Notes under the pieces: model-generated
Seen by the model: only the letters and a program-made list of their open reading frames with translations
Told to the model about the DNA's origin: nothing
Databases searched by the model: none
In this document: piece by piece, positions 48,370-61,474 of the stretch
How the letters are laid out: every line of letters begins with the position of its first letter
Numbering within the stretch: the stretch's first letter is position 1
Made by a program: the position numbers and the translations under genes
Source of the DNA: Gemmatimonadota bacterium
Lineage (GTDB): Bacteria > Gemmatimonadota > Gemmatimonadetes > Palauibacterales > Palauibacteraceae
Assembly: GCA_032251515.1 (NCBI GenBank)
Contig: JAVVDU010000002.1
Span: forward strand, 17,936-81,935
Reading direction: 5' to 3'
DNA: 64,000 nt

Positions 48370-49506
48370 TCAGGCGGACGCCGCGAGCTCCACCGCCCGC
48401 TTCACCACTTCGTCCATGTCGGTCATCGCCGCGAACCCGTGTTCCTGCAGGATCTCCACGGCCTCCTCTTCGTTCGTCCCGGTCAGCCGGATCGCGATGG
48501 GCACGGCGATGTCGATGCGGCCCGTCGCCTCCACGATGCCCCGCGCCACGTCATCGCAGCGCGTGATCCCGCCGAAGATGTTGAACAGGATCGCCTTCAC
48601 GCTCGGGTCGGCCGTGATGATCTCGAGCGCCGTCACGACCTTGTCCGGGTTCGATGATCCCCCGATGTCGAGGAAGTTGGCCGGCTCGCCCCCGTAGTGC
48701 TTCACCATGTCCATGGTCGCCATCGCCAGGCCCGCCCCGTTCACGCAGCACCCCACGCGGCCGTCCAGCTTGATGTAGCTGAGGCCCGCGTCGCGCGCCG
48801 TGGTCTCGGCCTGCGGCTCCGCCGACGTGTCGCGCATCGCGGCGATGTCGGGATTCCGGAACAGGCCGTTGTCGTCGATGTTCATCTTCGCGTCGATCGC
48901 CAGGACCTTGCCTTCCGGCGTCGTGATCAGAGGGTTGATCTCCGCGAGCGTGGCGTCCGAGTCCTGGTACGCCTCGTACAGCTGGCCGAGGATGCGGGCC
49001 GCCTGGCGGACCAGCTTGACGTCATCGTACAGGGCCCACGCCAGCGACATGGCCTGGTGCGGCAGCAGCCCGTAGCGCGGGTCGATCCGCAGCTTCCGGA
49101 TCGCGTCCGGCCGCGTCGCCGCGACCTCCTCGATGTCGACGCCCCCCTCCGACGACACCATGAACACGGAGCTCCCCGAGGCGCGGTCCATCACGATTCC
49201 CGCGTACGCCTCGCTCGCGATGTCCTCGGCCGGGGTGACGAGCACCTTGCGCACCGGCAGGCCCTTGATCGTGAGCCCGAGGATCGCCTCCGCCTTCACC
49301 CGCGCGTCGGCCGCGTCGTCGGCGAGCTTCACGCCGCCCGCCTTGCCCCGTCCGCCCGCGTGCACCTGCGCCTTGACCACCACGCGCCCCCCGAGCTCGC
49401 GGGCGATCGCTTCGGCCTCGTCCGGCGTGTTCGCGACCTTGCCCGGCGGCACGGGGATGCCGTGCGCGCGCAGGATCTCCTTCGCCTGGTATTCGTGAAT
49501 GTTCAT
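48370..49506 (-). CDS. sucC: succinyl-CoA synthetase beta subunit SucC
   Basis: [13 protein letters not shown]-terminus. ATP-grasp fold. Start M71 of the longer ORF, which is preceded by non-coding-looking sequence. Confidence 0.9.
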   Translation of the reverse strand: MNIHEYQAKEILRAHGIPVPPGKVANTPDEAEAIARELGGRVVVKAQVHAGGRGKAGGVKLADDAADARVKAEAILGLTIKGLPVRKVLVTPAEDIASEAYAGIVMDRASGSSVFMVSSEGGVDIEEVAATRPDAIRKLRIDPRYGLLPHQAMSLAWALYDDVKLVRQAARILGQLYEAYQDSDATLAEINPLITTPEGKVLAIDAKMNIDDNGLFRNPDIAAMRDTSAEPQAETTARDAGLSYIKLDGRVGCCVNGAGLAMATMDMVKHYGGEPANFLDIGGSSNPDKVVTALEIITADPSVKAILFNIFGGITRCDDVARGIVEATGRIDIAVPIAIRLTGTNEEEAVEILQEHGFAAMTDMDEVVKRAVELAASA

Positions 49507-49546
49507 CGTCGCCTTCGTCGCCTGTCGCGTTTCCTTCCCGAGCCCC

Positions 49547-50500
49547 TCAGGGTCCGGGTACGATCTCCGTACCGGCCGCGCCCCGCAGGGCGTCCGGCCC
49601 TGCGTCCAGCGCCGCGATGATCGCCCGCTCGCCGCCGTCCTCCACGAAGTGCAGCGCGGCCTCCACCTTGGGCCGCATGCTTCCCGCCCCGAGCTCGGAA
49701 CCCGCGAGCAGGGCACGGGCCTCGCCGGCCGTCAGCCGCGCGAGCCGCCGGGCCGCGTCGGTCCCCCATCCCCGGTACACCCCGTCCACGTCGGTGAGGA
49801 TGAGCAACGTGCCGGCGTCGATCTCCCGGCCGAGCAGGGCCGCCGCGCGGTCCTTGTCGACCACCGCGTCGATCCCCTCCAGGCCCAGCTCCGGGTCGCG
49901 GTACACCGGGATGCCTCCCCCGCCGGCCGCGATCACGATGTCGCCGCGGGCCACCAGCTCGCGCACCATGTCCGCTTCGACGATCCCGGTCGGGATGGGG
50001 CTCGGGACCCGGCGCCGGAGATTCCCGCGCGGGTCCATCTCGATCCGCACCCCGGCGGCGCGCAGAGCCTCGGCGGCTCCGGGGTCCACTCCGCGCCCGA
50101 TGAACTTGGTCGGTTCGTGGAGCGACGGATCGTCCGGGTCGGCGCACGCCTGCGTGATGAGCGTCACCACGCGGCGCGGGCTGCCGGCCCGCGTCAGCGC
50201 GTTCTGCAGCGACTGCTGGATCATGTAGCCGATCCAACCGGCCGTGGCCGCGACGAGCACGCCGAGCGGCAGCTGCTCCACCGCGTCCCGGGCCGTCTCG
50301 TTGCGGAGCAGCTCGTCCCCGACCTGCGGCCCGTTGCCGTGCACGACGGCGATCTGCCAGTCGTCGCACGCCAGCGCGACGATCGAGGCGAGGCTCTCGC
50401 GCGTGTGCCGGAACTGGTTCGTGACGGAAGCGGACTCGCCCGATGGGGACAGGGCGTTCCCCCCGATCGCCACGACCACGGACTTCCGCATGGGGCTCAC
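49547..50500 (-). CDS. arcC: carbamate kinase ArcC
   Basis: Amino-acid kinase fold. VVVAIGGNAL..., GGGIPV, DKD. Confidence 0.8.
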   Translation of the reverse strand: MSPMRKSVVVAIGGNALSPSGESASVTNQFRHTRESLASIVALACDDWQIAVVHGNGPQVGDELLRNETARDAVEQLPLGVLVAATAGWIGYMIQQSLQNALTRAGSPRRVVTLITQACADPDDPSLHEPTKFIGRGVDPGAAEALRAAGVRIEMDPRGNLRRRVPSPIPTGIVEADMVRELVARGDIVIAAGGGGIPVYRDPELGLEGIDAVVDKDRAAALLGREIDAGTLLILTDVDGVYRGWGTDAARRLARLTAGEARALLAGSELGAGSMRPKVEAALHFVEDGGERAIIAALDAGPDALRGAAGTEIVPGP

Positions 50501-50507
50501 GCGGACC

Positions 50508-51905
50508 TCACGCGGGAAGGTCCGGCAGGCGCACCCCTTCGTCCGCCAGCCACCCGGCCACCTCGGCGTGGATCCGCCGCAGCGCCTCCGTCGAGTCGGC
50601 TTCGAAGCGGCAGACCACGACCGGCTGCGTGTTGCTGGCCCGGATCAGCGCCCAGCCGTCGTCGAACAGCACCCGGGCCCCGTCGATGTCGATGACCTCG
50701 TATCTCGCGCCGAAGTGCTCCACGGCGCGGCGCACGACGCCGAACTTCCGCTCCTCCGGGCAGTCGACGCGGAGCTCCGGCGTCGAGGGATACGCCGGGA
50801 TCTCCGCCGCGAGCTCGGAGAGCGGGCGGCCGGCGCGCGCCACGAGCTCCGCCAAGCGGGCCGCATCGTAGATCGCGTCATCCACGCCGAACCATCTGTC
50901 CGCCAAGCAGATGTGGCCACTCATCTCACCTGCTACGGGAGATCCGCCGGCCCGCATCCGTTCCTTGATCAGGGAGTGACCCGTCTTCCACATCACCGGT
51001 ACCCCTCCGGCGCGCTCGATCATCTCCGGCAGGGCCTTGGAGCACTTCACGTCGAACACGACCTCCGCCCCCGGGTGCGAAACCAGGATGTCGAGCGCGT
51101 AGAGAAGCAGCAGGTGGTCGCCCCGCACGATGCGGCCGGTCTCGTCCACCGCCCCGATGCGGTCGGCATCGCCGTCGAGGCCGATGCCGAGCGCCGCGCC
51201 TTCCCGACGCACCGCGGCGATCAGGTCCACGAGGTTCGCGTCCACCGTGGGGTCCGGGTGATGGTTGGGAAACGTCCCATCGGAGTCGCAGTACAGCGGG
51301 ACGACCTCGATTCCGGCCTCCTCGAGCGCCCGCACGGCGATCACGCTTCCCGTCCCGTTCCCGCAGTCGAGAACGACCTTGAGCGGTCCGGGCATGGCGA
51401 TGGCATCCCGCACGGCCGCCACGTAGCGGTCCAGGATCTCCACCCGTTCCGTGGCGCCGGAGCCCTCGGTCCACTCCTCGGCCTCGATGTCTCGCCGGAG
51501 GTCCTGGATGGCCTCGCCGTACAGCGGCGCGCCGGCGACGGTCATCTTGATCCCGTTGTACTCGGGCGGGTTGTGCGAGCCGGTGATCTGGATGCCGCCC
51601 TGCGCCCCGAGCTCGCGCGTGGCGAAGTACAGGACGGGCGTCGGCACGGTGTCGAGGAGGCGCACGTCGACGCCGGAGGCATTCAGTCCGGCGCACAGCG
51701 CCGCCGCCAGCTCCGGCGAGCTGGGCCGGTTGTCGTGCCCGACGGCCACGACGGGCGTCGCGGCATCTCCGCGCGAGTGGAGTCGTGTGGCGTACGCCCG
51801 GCCCACGGCGCGGGCGATGTCCGCCGAGAGGTCGTCGCCCACGATGCCGCGGATGTCGTATTCCCGGAAGATCGTCCTGGACAGTCTCATCTCAACCTCG
51901 TACAC
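50508..51905 (-). CDS. phosphomannomutase/phosphoglucomutase (alpha-D-phosphohexomutase)
   Basis: FREYDIRG, active-site TGSHNPPEYNG, metal loop GLDGDADR. Start may be M1 or M6. Confidence 0.8.
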   Translation of the reverse strand: MYEVEMRLSRTIFREYDIRGIVGDDLSADIARAVGRAYATRLHSRGDAATPVVAVGHDNRPSSPELAAALCAGLNASGVDVRLLDTVPTPVLYFATRELGAQGGIQITGSHNPPEYNGIKMTVAGAPLYGEAIQDLRRDIEAEEWTEGSGATERVEILDRYVAAVRDAIAMPGPLKVVLDCGNGTGSVIAVRALEEAGIEVVPLYCDSDGTFPNHHPDPTVDANLVDLIAAVRREGAALGIGLDGDADRIGAVDETGRIVRGDHLLLLYALDILVSHPGAEVVFDVKCSKALPEMIERAGGVPVMWKTGHSLIKERMRAGGSPVAGEMSGHICLADRWFGVDDAIYDAARLAELVARAGRPLSELAAEIPAYPSTPELRVDCPEERKFGVVRRAVEHFGARYEVIDIDGARVLFDDGWALIRASNTQPVVVCRFEADSTEALRRIHAEVAGWLADEGVRLPDLPA

Positions 51906-52019
51906 GGGGCCGCGGCGAACCTCCCCGCCGCCCGGCCCGCACGCGCGGGACGAGGCGGCATGGAGCGACGCGGCGGTGCGGTTCCGGTGCCTCTGCGTCT
52001 CCCGTGGGCGCCGTGCGGT

Positions 52020-53615
52020 TCAGGTGCGGCCCGGCGTGGTGCGGGCGGGGGCGGGTTCCCGGTCCGGCGTGTCCGTCTCGAGCCGCACCGGGTCCGGAGC
52101 GGCGCCGGGCGCGCGCGCGGCCGCCGCACGCGGGGCCATGCCGGCGCCCGCCTCGGCGGCCACCCGGATGCCGTGGCCGGGAAACAGCCCGATGACGAGG
52201 ATCGCGGCCACGGAGAAGACGGCGGCAAAGCGGAAGGCCGGTCCCGGGCGCGCCGGAAGCGGGGCATCGGCCGGCGCCTCCTCGAAGTACATCTTCCAGA
52301 CCACCCGGAGATAGTAGTAGTACGAAATCAGGCTCGTCAGCACGAGCGTTACGGCCAGGGCCGCCTGGTCGCCCTCCAGCGCGGCCTGCAGCAGATACAG
52401 CTTCCCGATGAACCCGCCGGTCGGGGGGAAGCCGGCCAGGGAGAGCAGGAAGACCACGAGGGCGAGCCCGAGGAAGGGACGCCGCCAGCCGAGCCCCCGG
52501 AAGTCCGCGAGTCGTCCCCGGGCGTCCCCCTTCCCCGCCACGACGTACAGGATGGAAAAGGAGCCGACCGTCATGATCGCGTACACCGCGAGGTAGAACA
52601 GGGTCGCCGACCGGCCGGCCGCTCCGCCCGCCGCGATCCCGACGAGCAGGTAGCCGGCGTGCGCGATCGAGGAGTAGGCCAGCATCCGCTTCACGTCGTC
52701 CTGGGCCAGCGCGACGAGGTTCGGCACGATCATGGTCAGCATCGCCAGCCACCACACGATGCCCTGCCACAACGGCGCCGCCGCCGCGAGCTCGACCACG
52801 ACGATCCGCAGGATCACCGCGAAGCCCGCCGCCTTGACGCCCGCGGCCATGAACGCGGTCACGGGCGTGGGGGCCCCCTCGTAGGCGTCGGGCGTCCACA
52901 TGTGGAACGGGACGGCCGACACCTTGAAGCCGAGCCCCACCAGCAGCAGCGCCACGCCCGCGTAGAGCAGGAAGTTCCGCTCCGCCGTCCCCCGGGCGAT
53001 CTCCGTGGTCACCAGGCTGAGGTTCGTGCTGCCCACGGCCCCGAAGATCAGGGCGATTCCGTAGAGCAGGAAGCCGCTGGCGAACGCGCCGACCAGGAAG
53101 TACTTGAGCGCCGCCTCGGCGGAGCGCCGCTGCCGGCGGTCGAGGCCCGTGAGCGCGTACACGCTCAGCGACATCAGCTCGACGGCCACGAACACGATCA
53201 CCAGGTCGCGTGTGCCCGCGAGGACCATCATGCCGACGGCGGCCATGAGGACGAGGAAGTGGAATTCCCCGATCCGCAGGTCCTCCCGCTCCAGCCAGTC
53301 GAAGGAGTACAGGAGCGCCAGCGCCGTGACACCGAGCACGATGAAGTTCAGGACGATGCGGAAGCCGTCCACCGCGATCATCGAGCTCGTTCCCTCCACC
53401 GTGACGGTGGCCAGCCAGCCGTTCGCCGCCGCCGCGAGGGCGATTCCCCCCAGGGCGATGCCGTCGAGCAGGCGCGAGGCGGGGCCTCCCCGGCTGCCCC
53501 GGCGGAACACGTCCAGCAGGAGGACGAGGATTCCGGTCACCGACACCACCACCTCGGGCAGGAGCGCCCAGAGGAAGTGCAGCTGCGAGCCGAAGTCCAG
53601 GGTCAGGTCGGTCAC
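52020..53615 (-). CDS. nuoN: NADH-quinone oxidoreductase subunit N
   Basis: Polytopic antiporter-like subunit, last gene of the nuo operon. Confidence 0.85.
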   Translation of the reverse strand: MTDLTLDFGSQLHFLWALLPEVVVSVTGILVLLLDVFRRGSRGGPASRLLDGIALGGIALAAAANGWLATVTVEGTSSMIAVDGFRIVLNFIVLGVTALALLYSFDWLEREDLRIGEFHFLVLMAAVGMMVLAGTRDLVIVFVAVELMSLSVYALTGLDRRQRRSAEAALKYFLVGAFASGFLLYGIALIFGAVGSTNLSLVTTEIARGTAERNFLLYAGVALLLVGLGFKVSAVPFHMWTPDAYEGAPTPVTAFMAAGVKAAGFAVILRIVVVELAAAAPLWQGIVWWLAMLTMIVPNLVALAQDDVKRMLAYSSIAHAGYLLVGIAAGGAAGRSATLFYLAVYAIMTVGSFSILYVVAGKGDARGRLADFRGLGWRRPFLGLALVVFLLSLAGFPPTGGFIGKLYLLQAALEGDQAALAVTLVLTSLISYYYYLRVVWKMYFEEAPADAPLPARPGPAFRFAAVFSVAAILVIGLFPGHGIRVAAEAGAGMAPRAAAARAPGAAPDPVRLETDTPDREPAPARTTPGRT

Positions 53616-53619
53616 GTCG

Positions 53620-55188
<1,569 letters not shown>

Positions 55189-55201
55189 GGCTCGCTTCCG
55201 C

Positions 55202-57223
<2,022 letters not shown>

Positions 57224-57227
57224 GGGG

Positions 57228-57533
57228 TCACCACCTCAGGAGGTTGAAGCGATCCACGTCCACCAGCTCGTAGTGGCGGAAGATCGCGATGATGATCGCC
57301 AGCCCCACGGCCGCCTCGGCGGCCGCCACGGCCATCACGAAGAACACGAGGACCTGCGCCTCGAAGCCGAGGGAGCGCGAGAAGACGACCAGCGTGAGGT
57401 TCACGGCGTTCAGCATGAGCTCGACGCACATGAACAGGATGATGGCGTTCCGCCGCACCAGAACGCCCGCCGCTCCCACGGCGAACAGGAATGCGCTGAG
57501 GACCAGCGCGCCCAGCTCGATGTCCAGCGTCAT
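57228..57533 (-). CDS. nuoK: NADH-quinone oxidoreductase subunit K
   Basis: 101 aa, 3 TM. Confidence 0.85.
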   Translation of the reverse strand: MTLDIELGALVLSAFLFAVGAAGVLVRRNAIILFMCVELMLNAVNLTLVVFSRSLGFEAQVLVFFVMAVAAAEAAVGLAIIIAIFRHYELVDVDRFNLLRW

Positions 57534-57548
57534 GATCGGTGCCTCGCC

Positions 57549-58076
57549 TCAGGGAGCCCGGCGGCGCGCCAGGGCGATCGCCCCGACGATGGCCACCAGG
57601 AGCAGCAGGGACGTGAGTTCGAACGGAACCAGGTAGCTGGAGAACAGCGGATCGGCCACCGCGGCGACCGCGCCCCGCGCTTCCTGGACCGCGGTCACCA
57701 TCAGCCGGCCGGAGTCGCCGGCCAGACTGGCGGTCTCGCCCTGCAGAACGAGCGCCCCGACGCCCGCGAACAGCGCCGCGCCGACCACGAGCGCCAGCAG
57801 CTTCGCCGCGTGCCCCCGCACGTCGATCTCCTCCCGGTGCCCCAGGTTCAGGAGCATGATCACGAACAGGAAGAGCACGAGGATCGCGCCCGCGTAGACG
57901 ATCACCTGCACGGCCGCCAGGAAGTGCGCGTCCAGCAGCACGAACGTCCCCGACAGCGCGAAGAAGGCCAGCACCAGGTACATCAGGCTGGCCACCGGAT
58001 TCCGGCTCGCGATCATCATCACGCCGCCCACGGCGGCCATGACGGCGAAGAGCAGGAAGAAGAAAGTCTCCATCAT
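57549..58076 (-). CDS. nuoJ: NADH-quinone oxidoreductase subunit J
   Basis: 175-aa tail of ORF 57549..58433 starting at MMETFFFLLF. Overlaps nuoI by 4 nt. Confidence 0.8.
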   Translation of the reverse strand: MMETFFFLLFAVMAAVGGVMMIASRNPVASLMYLVLAFFALSGTFVLLDAHFLAAVQVIVYAGAILVLFLFVIMLLNLGHREEIDVRGHAAKLLALVVGAALFAGVGALVLQGETASLAGDSGRLMVTAVQEARGAVAAVADPLFSSYLVPFELTSLLLLVAIVGAIALARRRAP

Positions 58077-58570
58077 TCCGAGGCGGGGTCGGAGGGATCC
58101 CAGAGCGCCGTCACGGGATGGTCCAGCGCGGTGAGTCGCTCGAGGTCGTAGACCCAGCGCTCCCGGCTGTACTCGGCGTTCTCGTAGTGGGCTCCCAGGT
58201 GAATGGCCTCCACGGGACAGACTTCCTGGCAGAAGCCGCAGAAGATGCAACGGAACTCGTCGATCTCGTACACGGCGGCGTAGCGCTCGCCGTTCTCGTC
58301 CTCCGCCGGCACGAGCTTGATGCAGTTCACCGGGCAGACCGTCGGGCAGAGACCGCAACCCACGCACTTCGCGCGCCCGTCCTCGTGCGTGGCCATCCGG
58401 TGCGTGCCCCGCATGCGCGGCGACAGCTCCCACTTCTCGTCGGGATACTGCTGTGTCACCTTCCGGGGGTTCAGGAGATGCTTCAGGGTGATCCCCATCC
58501 CCTTGGATACGGCGCGCACGTAGGAGGCCTGTTCCTCCGGCCGCCGCACGACCTTCACGCTTCCCGCCAT
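58073..58570 (-). CDS. nuoI: NADH-quinone oxidoreductase subunit I
   Basis: Two 4Fe-4S ferredoxin motifs (CVGCGLCPTVCP, CIFCGFCQEVCP). Confidence 0.9.
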   Translation of the reverse strand: MAGSVKVVRRPEEQASYVRAVSKGMGITLKHLLNPRKVTQQYPDEKWELSPRMRGTHRMATHEDGRAKCVGCGLCPTVCPVNCIKLVPAEDENGERYAAVYEIDEFRCIFCGFCQEVCPVEAIHLGAHYENAEYSRERWVYDLERLTALDHPVTALWDPSDPASE

Positions 58571-58571
58571 G

Positions 58572-59855
58572 TCACTCCGCCTCGCTTCCGGCCGCCGGAG
58601 GGGGTGCCATCCGCCCTCCGGTCGCCGCCGGATGTCTGGTCCGTGCCGTCGCGCCGCGCACCAGCGCGCCGCGGTCCATCCCCCACACCAGCAGGCCGAC
58701 GGCCGCCACGTTCAGCGCGGTCAGGATCGCCGTGTACCGCAGCCCGACCGGCACCCCGGCCGTGTCGAGGGCGTACACGGCCACGCCGGTGCCCATGATG
58801 TAGACCATGAGGATCGGCAGGAACACCTTCCAGCCGAGGTCCATGAGCTGGTCGTAACGGAACCGCGGGATCGTCCAGCGCACCCACATGAAGAACAGCA
58901 CGAGCAGCAGGGTCTTCAGCGTGAACGACCCGAGCGTCAGCAAGGTGATCCACCACGCGGGGTTCCCGAGAACCGTCCCGTCCGCGAGCACCCGGATGTC
59001 GTCCCCCCGCCAGAAGGGGATGTCCCAGCCGCCGAGGAAGAACACCGTGATCAGGGACGAGACCGTGATCAGGTGGGCGTACTCCCCGAGGAAGAACATC
59101 CCGAACTTCATGGCCGAGTACTCGGTGTGATACCCGCCCACCAGCTCCCCCTCGGCCTCCGGGAGGTCGAACGGGATCCGGTTGGTCTCGGCCAGCCCCG
59201 ACACGACGAAGATCAGGGCCGACAGCATCAGCGGCAGCGCGAACCACGCCCCGTAGGAGCCGCTGCCCGGACCGAAGTTCTGCTGCGCCGCCACGATCTC
59301 CGGCAGCGCCACGTCGCCCGTCAGCATCAGCACCGGAACGAGGCTCATCGCCAGCCCGATCTCGTAGCTGATCATCTGCGCCGAGCCGCGCAGCCCTCCG
59401 AGGAAGGAGTACTTCGAGTTCGACGACCAGCCGGCCATGACGACGCCGTACACCCCCAGGGAGCCGATCGCCAGCACGTAGAGGAACCCGATCGGCACGT
59501 CGGCCACGATCATCTCCACGAGCCCCCAGGGCGTCGGGAGCGGGGCCGCGAACGGGATCACGCCGAACAGCACCGTGGCGGGAACCAGCGCCAGCACCGG
59601 CGCGAGGAAGAAGAAGAACCGGTGCGCCCCGGCGGGCGTCAGCTCCTCCTTGAGGATGAACTTCAGCCCGTCCGCCGCCACCTGCAGCAGGCCGAGCGGG
59701 CCCACCCGGTTCGGTCCGCTCCGGTCCTGGATGAAGCCGGCGATCTTTCGCTCGAAGTACGTCGACAGGGCGACGAACACGAGCAGGAGCACGAAGAACG
59801 TGACCACCTTGATCGCTGCCGCCGCGACGAACGCGCCTCCGCTGATCGGGTCCAT
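58572..59855 (-). CDS. nuoH: NADH-quinone oxidoreductase subunit H (with about 70-aa C-terminal extension)
   Basis: ND1 family motifs (ERKIAGFIQDRSGPNRVGPLGLLQ). Confidence 0.85.
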   Translation of the reverse strand: MDPISGGAFVAAAAIKVVTFFVLLLVFVALSTYFERKIAGFIQDRSGPNRVGPLGLLQVAADGLKFILKEELTPAGAHRFFFFLAPVLALVPATVLFGVIPFAAPLPTPWGLVEMIVADVPIGFLYVLAIGSLGVYGVVMAGWSSNSKYSFLGGLRGSAQMISYEIGLAMSLVPVLMLTGDVALPEIVAAQQNFGPGSGSYGAWFALPLMLSALIFVVSGLAETNRIPFDLPEAEGELVGGYHTEYSAMKFGMFFLGEYAHLITVSSLITVFFLGGWDIPFWRGDDIRVLADGTVLGNPAWWITLLTLGSFTLKTLLLVLFFMWVRWTIPRFRYDQLMDLGWKVFLPILMVYIMGTGVAVYALDTAGVPVGLRYTAILTALNVAAVGLLVWGMDRGALVRGATARTRHPAATGGRMAPPPAAGSEAE

Positions 59856-59865
59856 TCCTCTCTCC

Positions 59866-61440
59866 CTACTCCGCCGTCGCGGCCGCCGCGGCGGCCGCTC
59901 CCTTGAGGCCGAGGCCGTTCCAGTCGAGTCCGGCGAAGGCCGGGTGGTCCGCGGCGAGCGCCGCGAAGGCGGCCGGGGCGTCGCGCACCGCCGCGCCGTC
60001 CTCGCCGAGCAGCTCCACGAGCCGGGCGAGGACCAGCCAGGCCGGCCGCGCGACGCCGGGCGGCTGCAGCGCCTGGCGGAACCGCTGCACGCGGCCCTCG
60101 TGGCTCACGAACGTCCCGTCCGTCTCCGGATAACCGGCGACCGGCAGGATCACGTCCGCGTTCCCCGCGGCCTCCGACAGGTGCGTGCCCGCGTACAGGA
60201 AGAACCCGGCCCGCTTTCCGAAGTCGGCCGGCGCCCCTTCGAGGCGGTCGCCCAGAACGACCAGCGCCCCGTCCGCCGGCGCCTCGGGTAGCGCGTCCGT
60301 CTCCGTGAAGCCCAGCATCCGGGCCCCTTCCCCGTTGGGCGCCCGCTCGGCCCGCAGGGCGAGCGACGGGAAGCCCGGCAGGGCGCGTTCCTCGCCGCGC
60401 GCGACGCGGAACCCGCCCCCGGTGATCTCGAGCCGGCCCAGGAGCCGACGCAGGAAGTACAGCGACTCGTTCTCTACGAAGGCGGAGGCGAGGGCGACCC
60501 CGCCGCGGACGTTTCCGAGCGCCGCGGCGACGTGCGCGAGCGCATCGCCCCAGTGCACGGGTGCGAGCTCTCCATCCCGCCGCACGAGAGGAAGGTCGAT
60601 CCGGCGGCCCCGATTCCACATCACGAGGTCGCGGCGGCCCTCGTCGCACATCCACCACCCATTTACCGCGCCGTTGTGGCGGGGCTTCACGCGGACGACC
60701 TGGTTCTCCTTCACGTCGACGTCGATGTTGCAGCCGTTCGCGCAGCCGCCGCAGATCCCGGGCGCGCTGTCGAAGTCCCACGCCCTCGCCTTGAACAGGA
60801 AGTCCTCGTGCACGAGGGCTCCGACCGGGCACACGTCGACGATGTTGCCGCGGAACAGGTTGTCGAGATCGCGGCCGGGGAACGTGTCGATGTACGCCTT
60901 GTGCCCCCGCTGGGCGACGATCAGGGCGTCGTCCTGTGCCACGTCCCGCATGAACCGCACGCAGCGCGTGCACAGGATGCAGCGGTCCGCGAAGTACAGG
61001 ATGTCGTCGGCGATCCGGTCCCGGCCGAGCACCAGCTTCGCCTCCTCGAACCGACTCTTCAGCTGGCCCGTCTCGTAGGCGTAGTCCTGGAGCATGCACT
61101 GCCCGGCGGCATCGCAGATCGGGCAGTCGAGCGGGTGGTGGAGCAGCAGGAACTCGATGACCGAGCGCCTCGCCTCCCGGGCCTGCTCCGTCTGCGTCCG
61201 GACCTCCATGCCGTCCAGCGCCCCGAGGACGCAGGAGGGCTGCAGCTTCGGCTGGCCCTCCACCTCGACGAGGCACATGCGGCACTGGGCCGGCCGGCTC
61301 GGAATCCCGGGGTGATAGCAGTAGTGGGGCACGACGACGCCCGCCCGCTCGGCGGCCTGGAGCACGGTCGTGCCCGCGGGCACCGTGACCTCCACGCCGT
61401 CAATCGTCAGGCGGACCGTCCCGTTGGCGGGTGCGTTCAT
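59866..61440 (-). CDS. nuoG: NADH-quinone oxidoreductase subunit G, short form (524 aa)
   Basis: N-terminal 2Fe-2S (CYHPGIPSRPAQCRMC), His-ligated 4Fe-4S (HHPLDCPICDAAGQC) and 4Fe-4S (CILCTRCVRF) motifs. Truncated molybdopterin-like domain. Confidence 0.8.
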   Translation of the reverse strand: MNAPANGTVRLTIDGVEVTVPAGTTVLQAAERAGVVVPHYCYHPGIPSRPAQCRMCLVEVEGQPKLQPSCVLGALDGMEVRTQTEQAREARRSVIEFLLLHHPLDCPICDAAGQCMLQDYAYETGQLKSRFEEAKLVLGRDRIADDILYFADRCILCTRCVRFMRDVAQDDALIVAQRGHKAYIDTFPGRDLDNLFRGNIVDVCPVGALVHEDFLFKARAWDFDSAPGICGGCANGCNIDVDVKENQVVRVKPRHNGAVNGWWMCDEGRRDLVMWNRGRRIDLPLVRRDGELAPVHWGDALAHVAAALGNVRGGVALASAFVENESLYFLRRLLGRLEITGGGFRVARGEERALPGFPSLALRAERAPNGEGARMLGFTETDALPEAPADGALVVLGDRLEGAPADFGKRAGFFLYAGTHLSEAAGNADVILPVAGYPETDGTFVSHEGRVQRFRQALQPPGVARPAWLVLARLVELLGEDGAAVRDAPAAFAALAADHPAFAGLDWNGLGLKGAAAAAAATAE

Positions 61441-61474
61441 CCGAGTCTCGCGCCTCGCAGGGCTCGCAGGTGGC

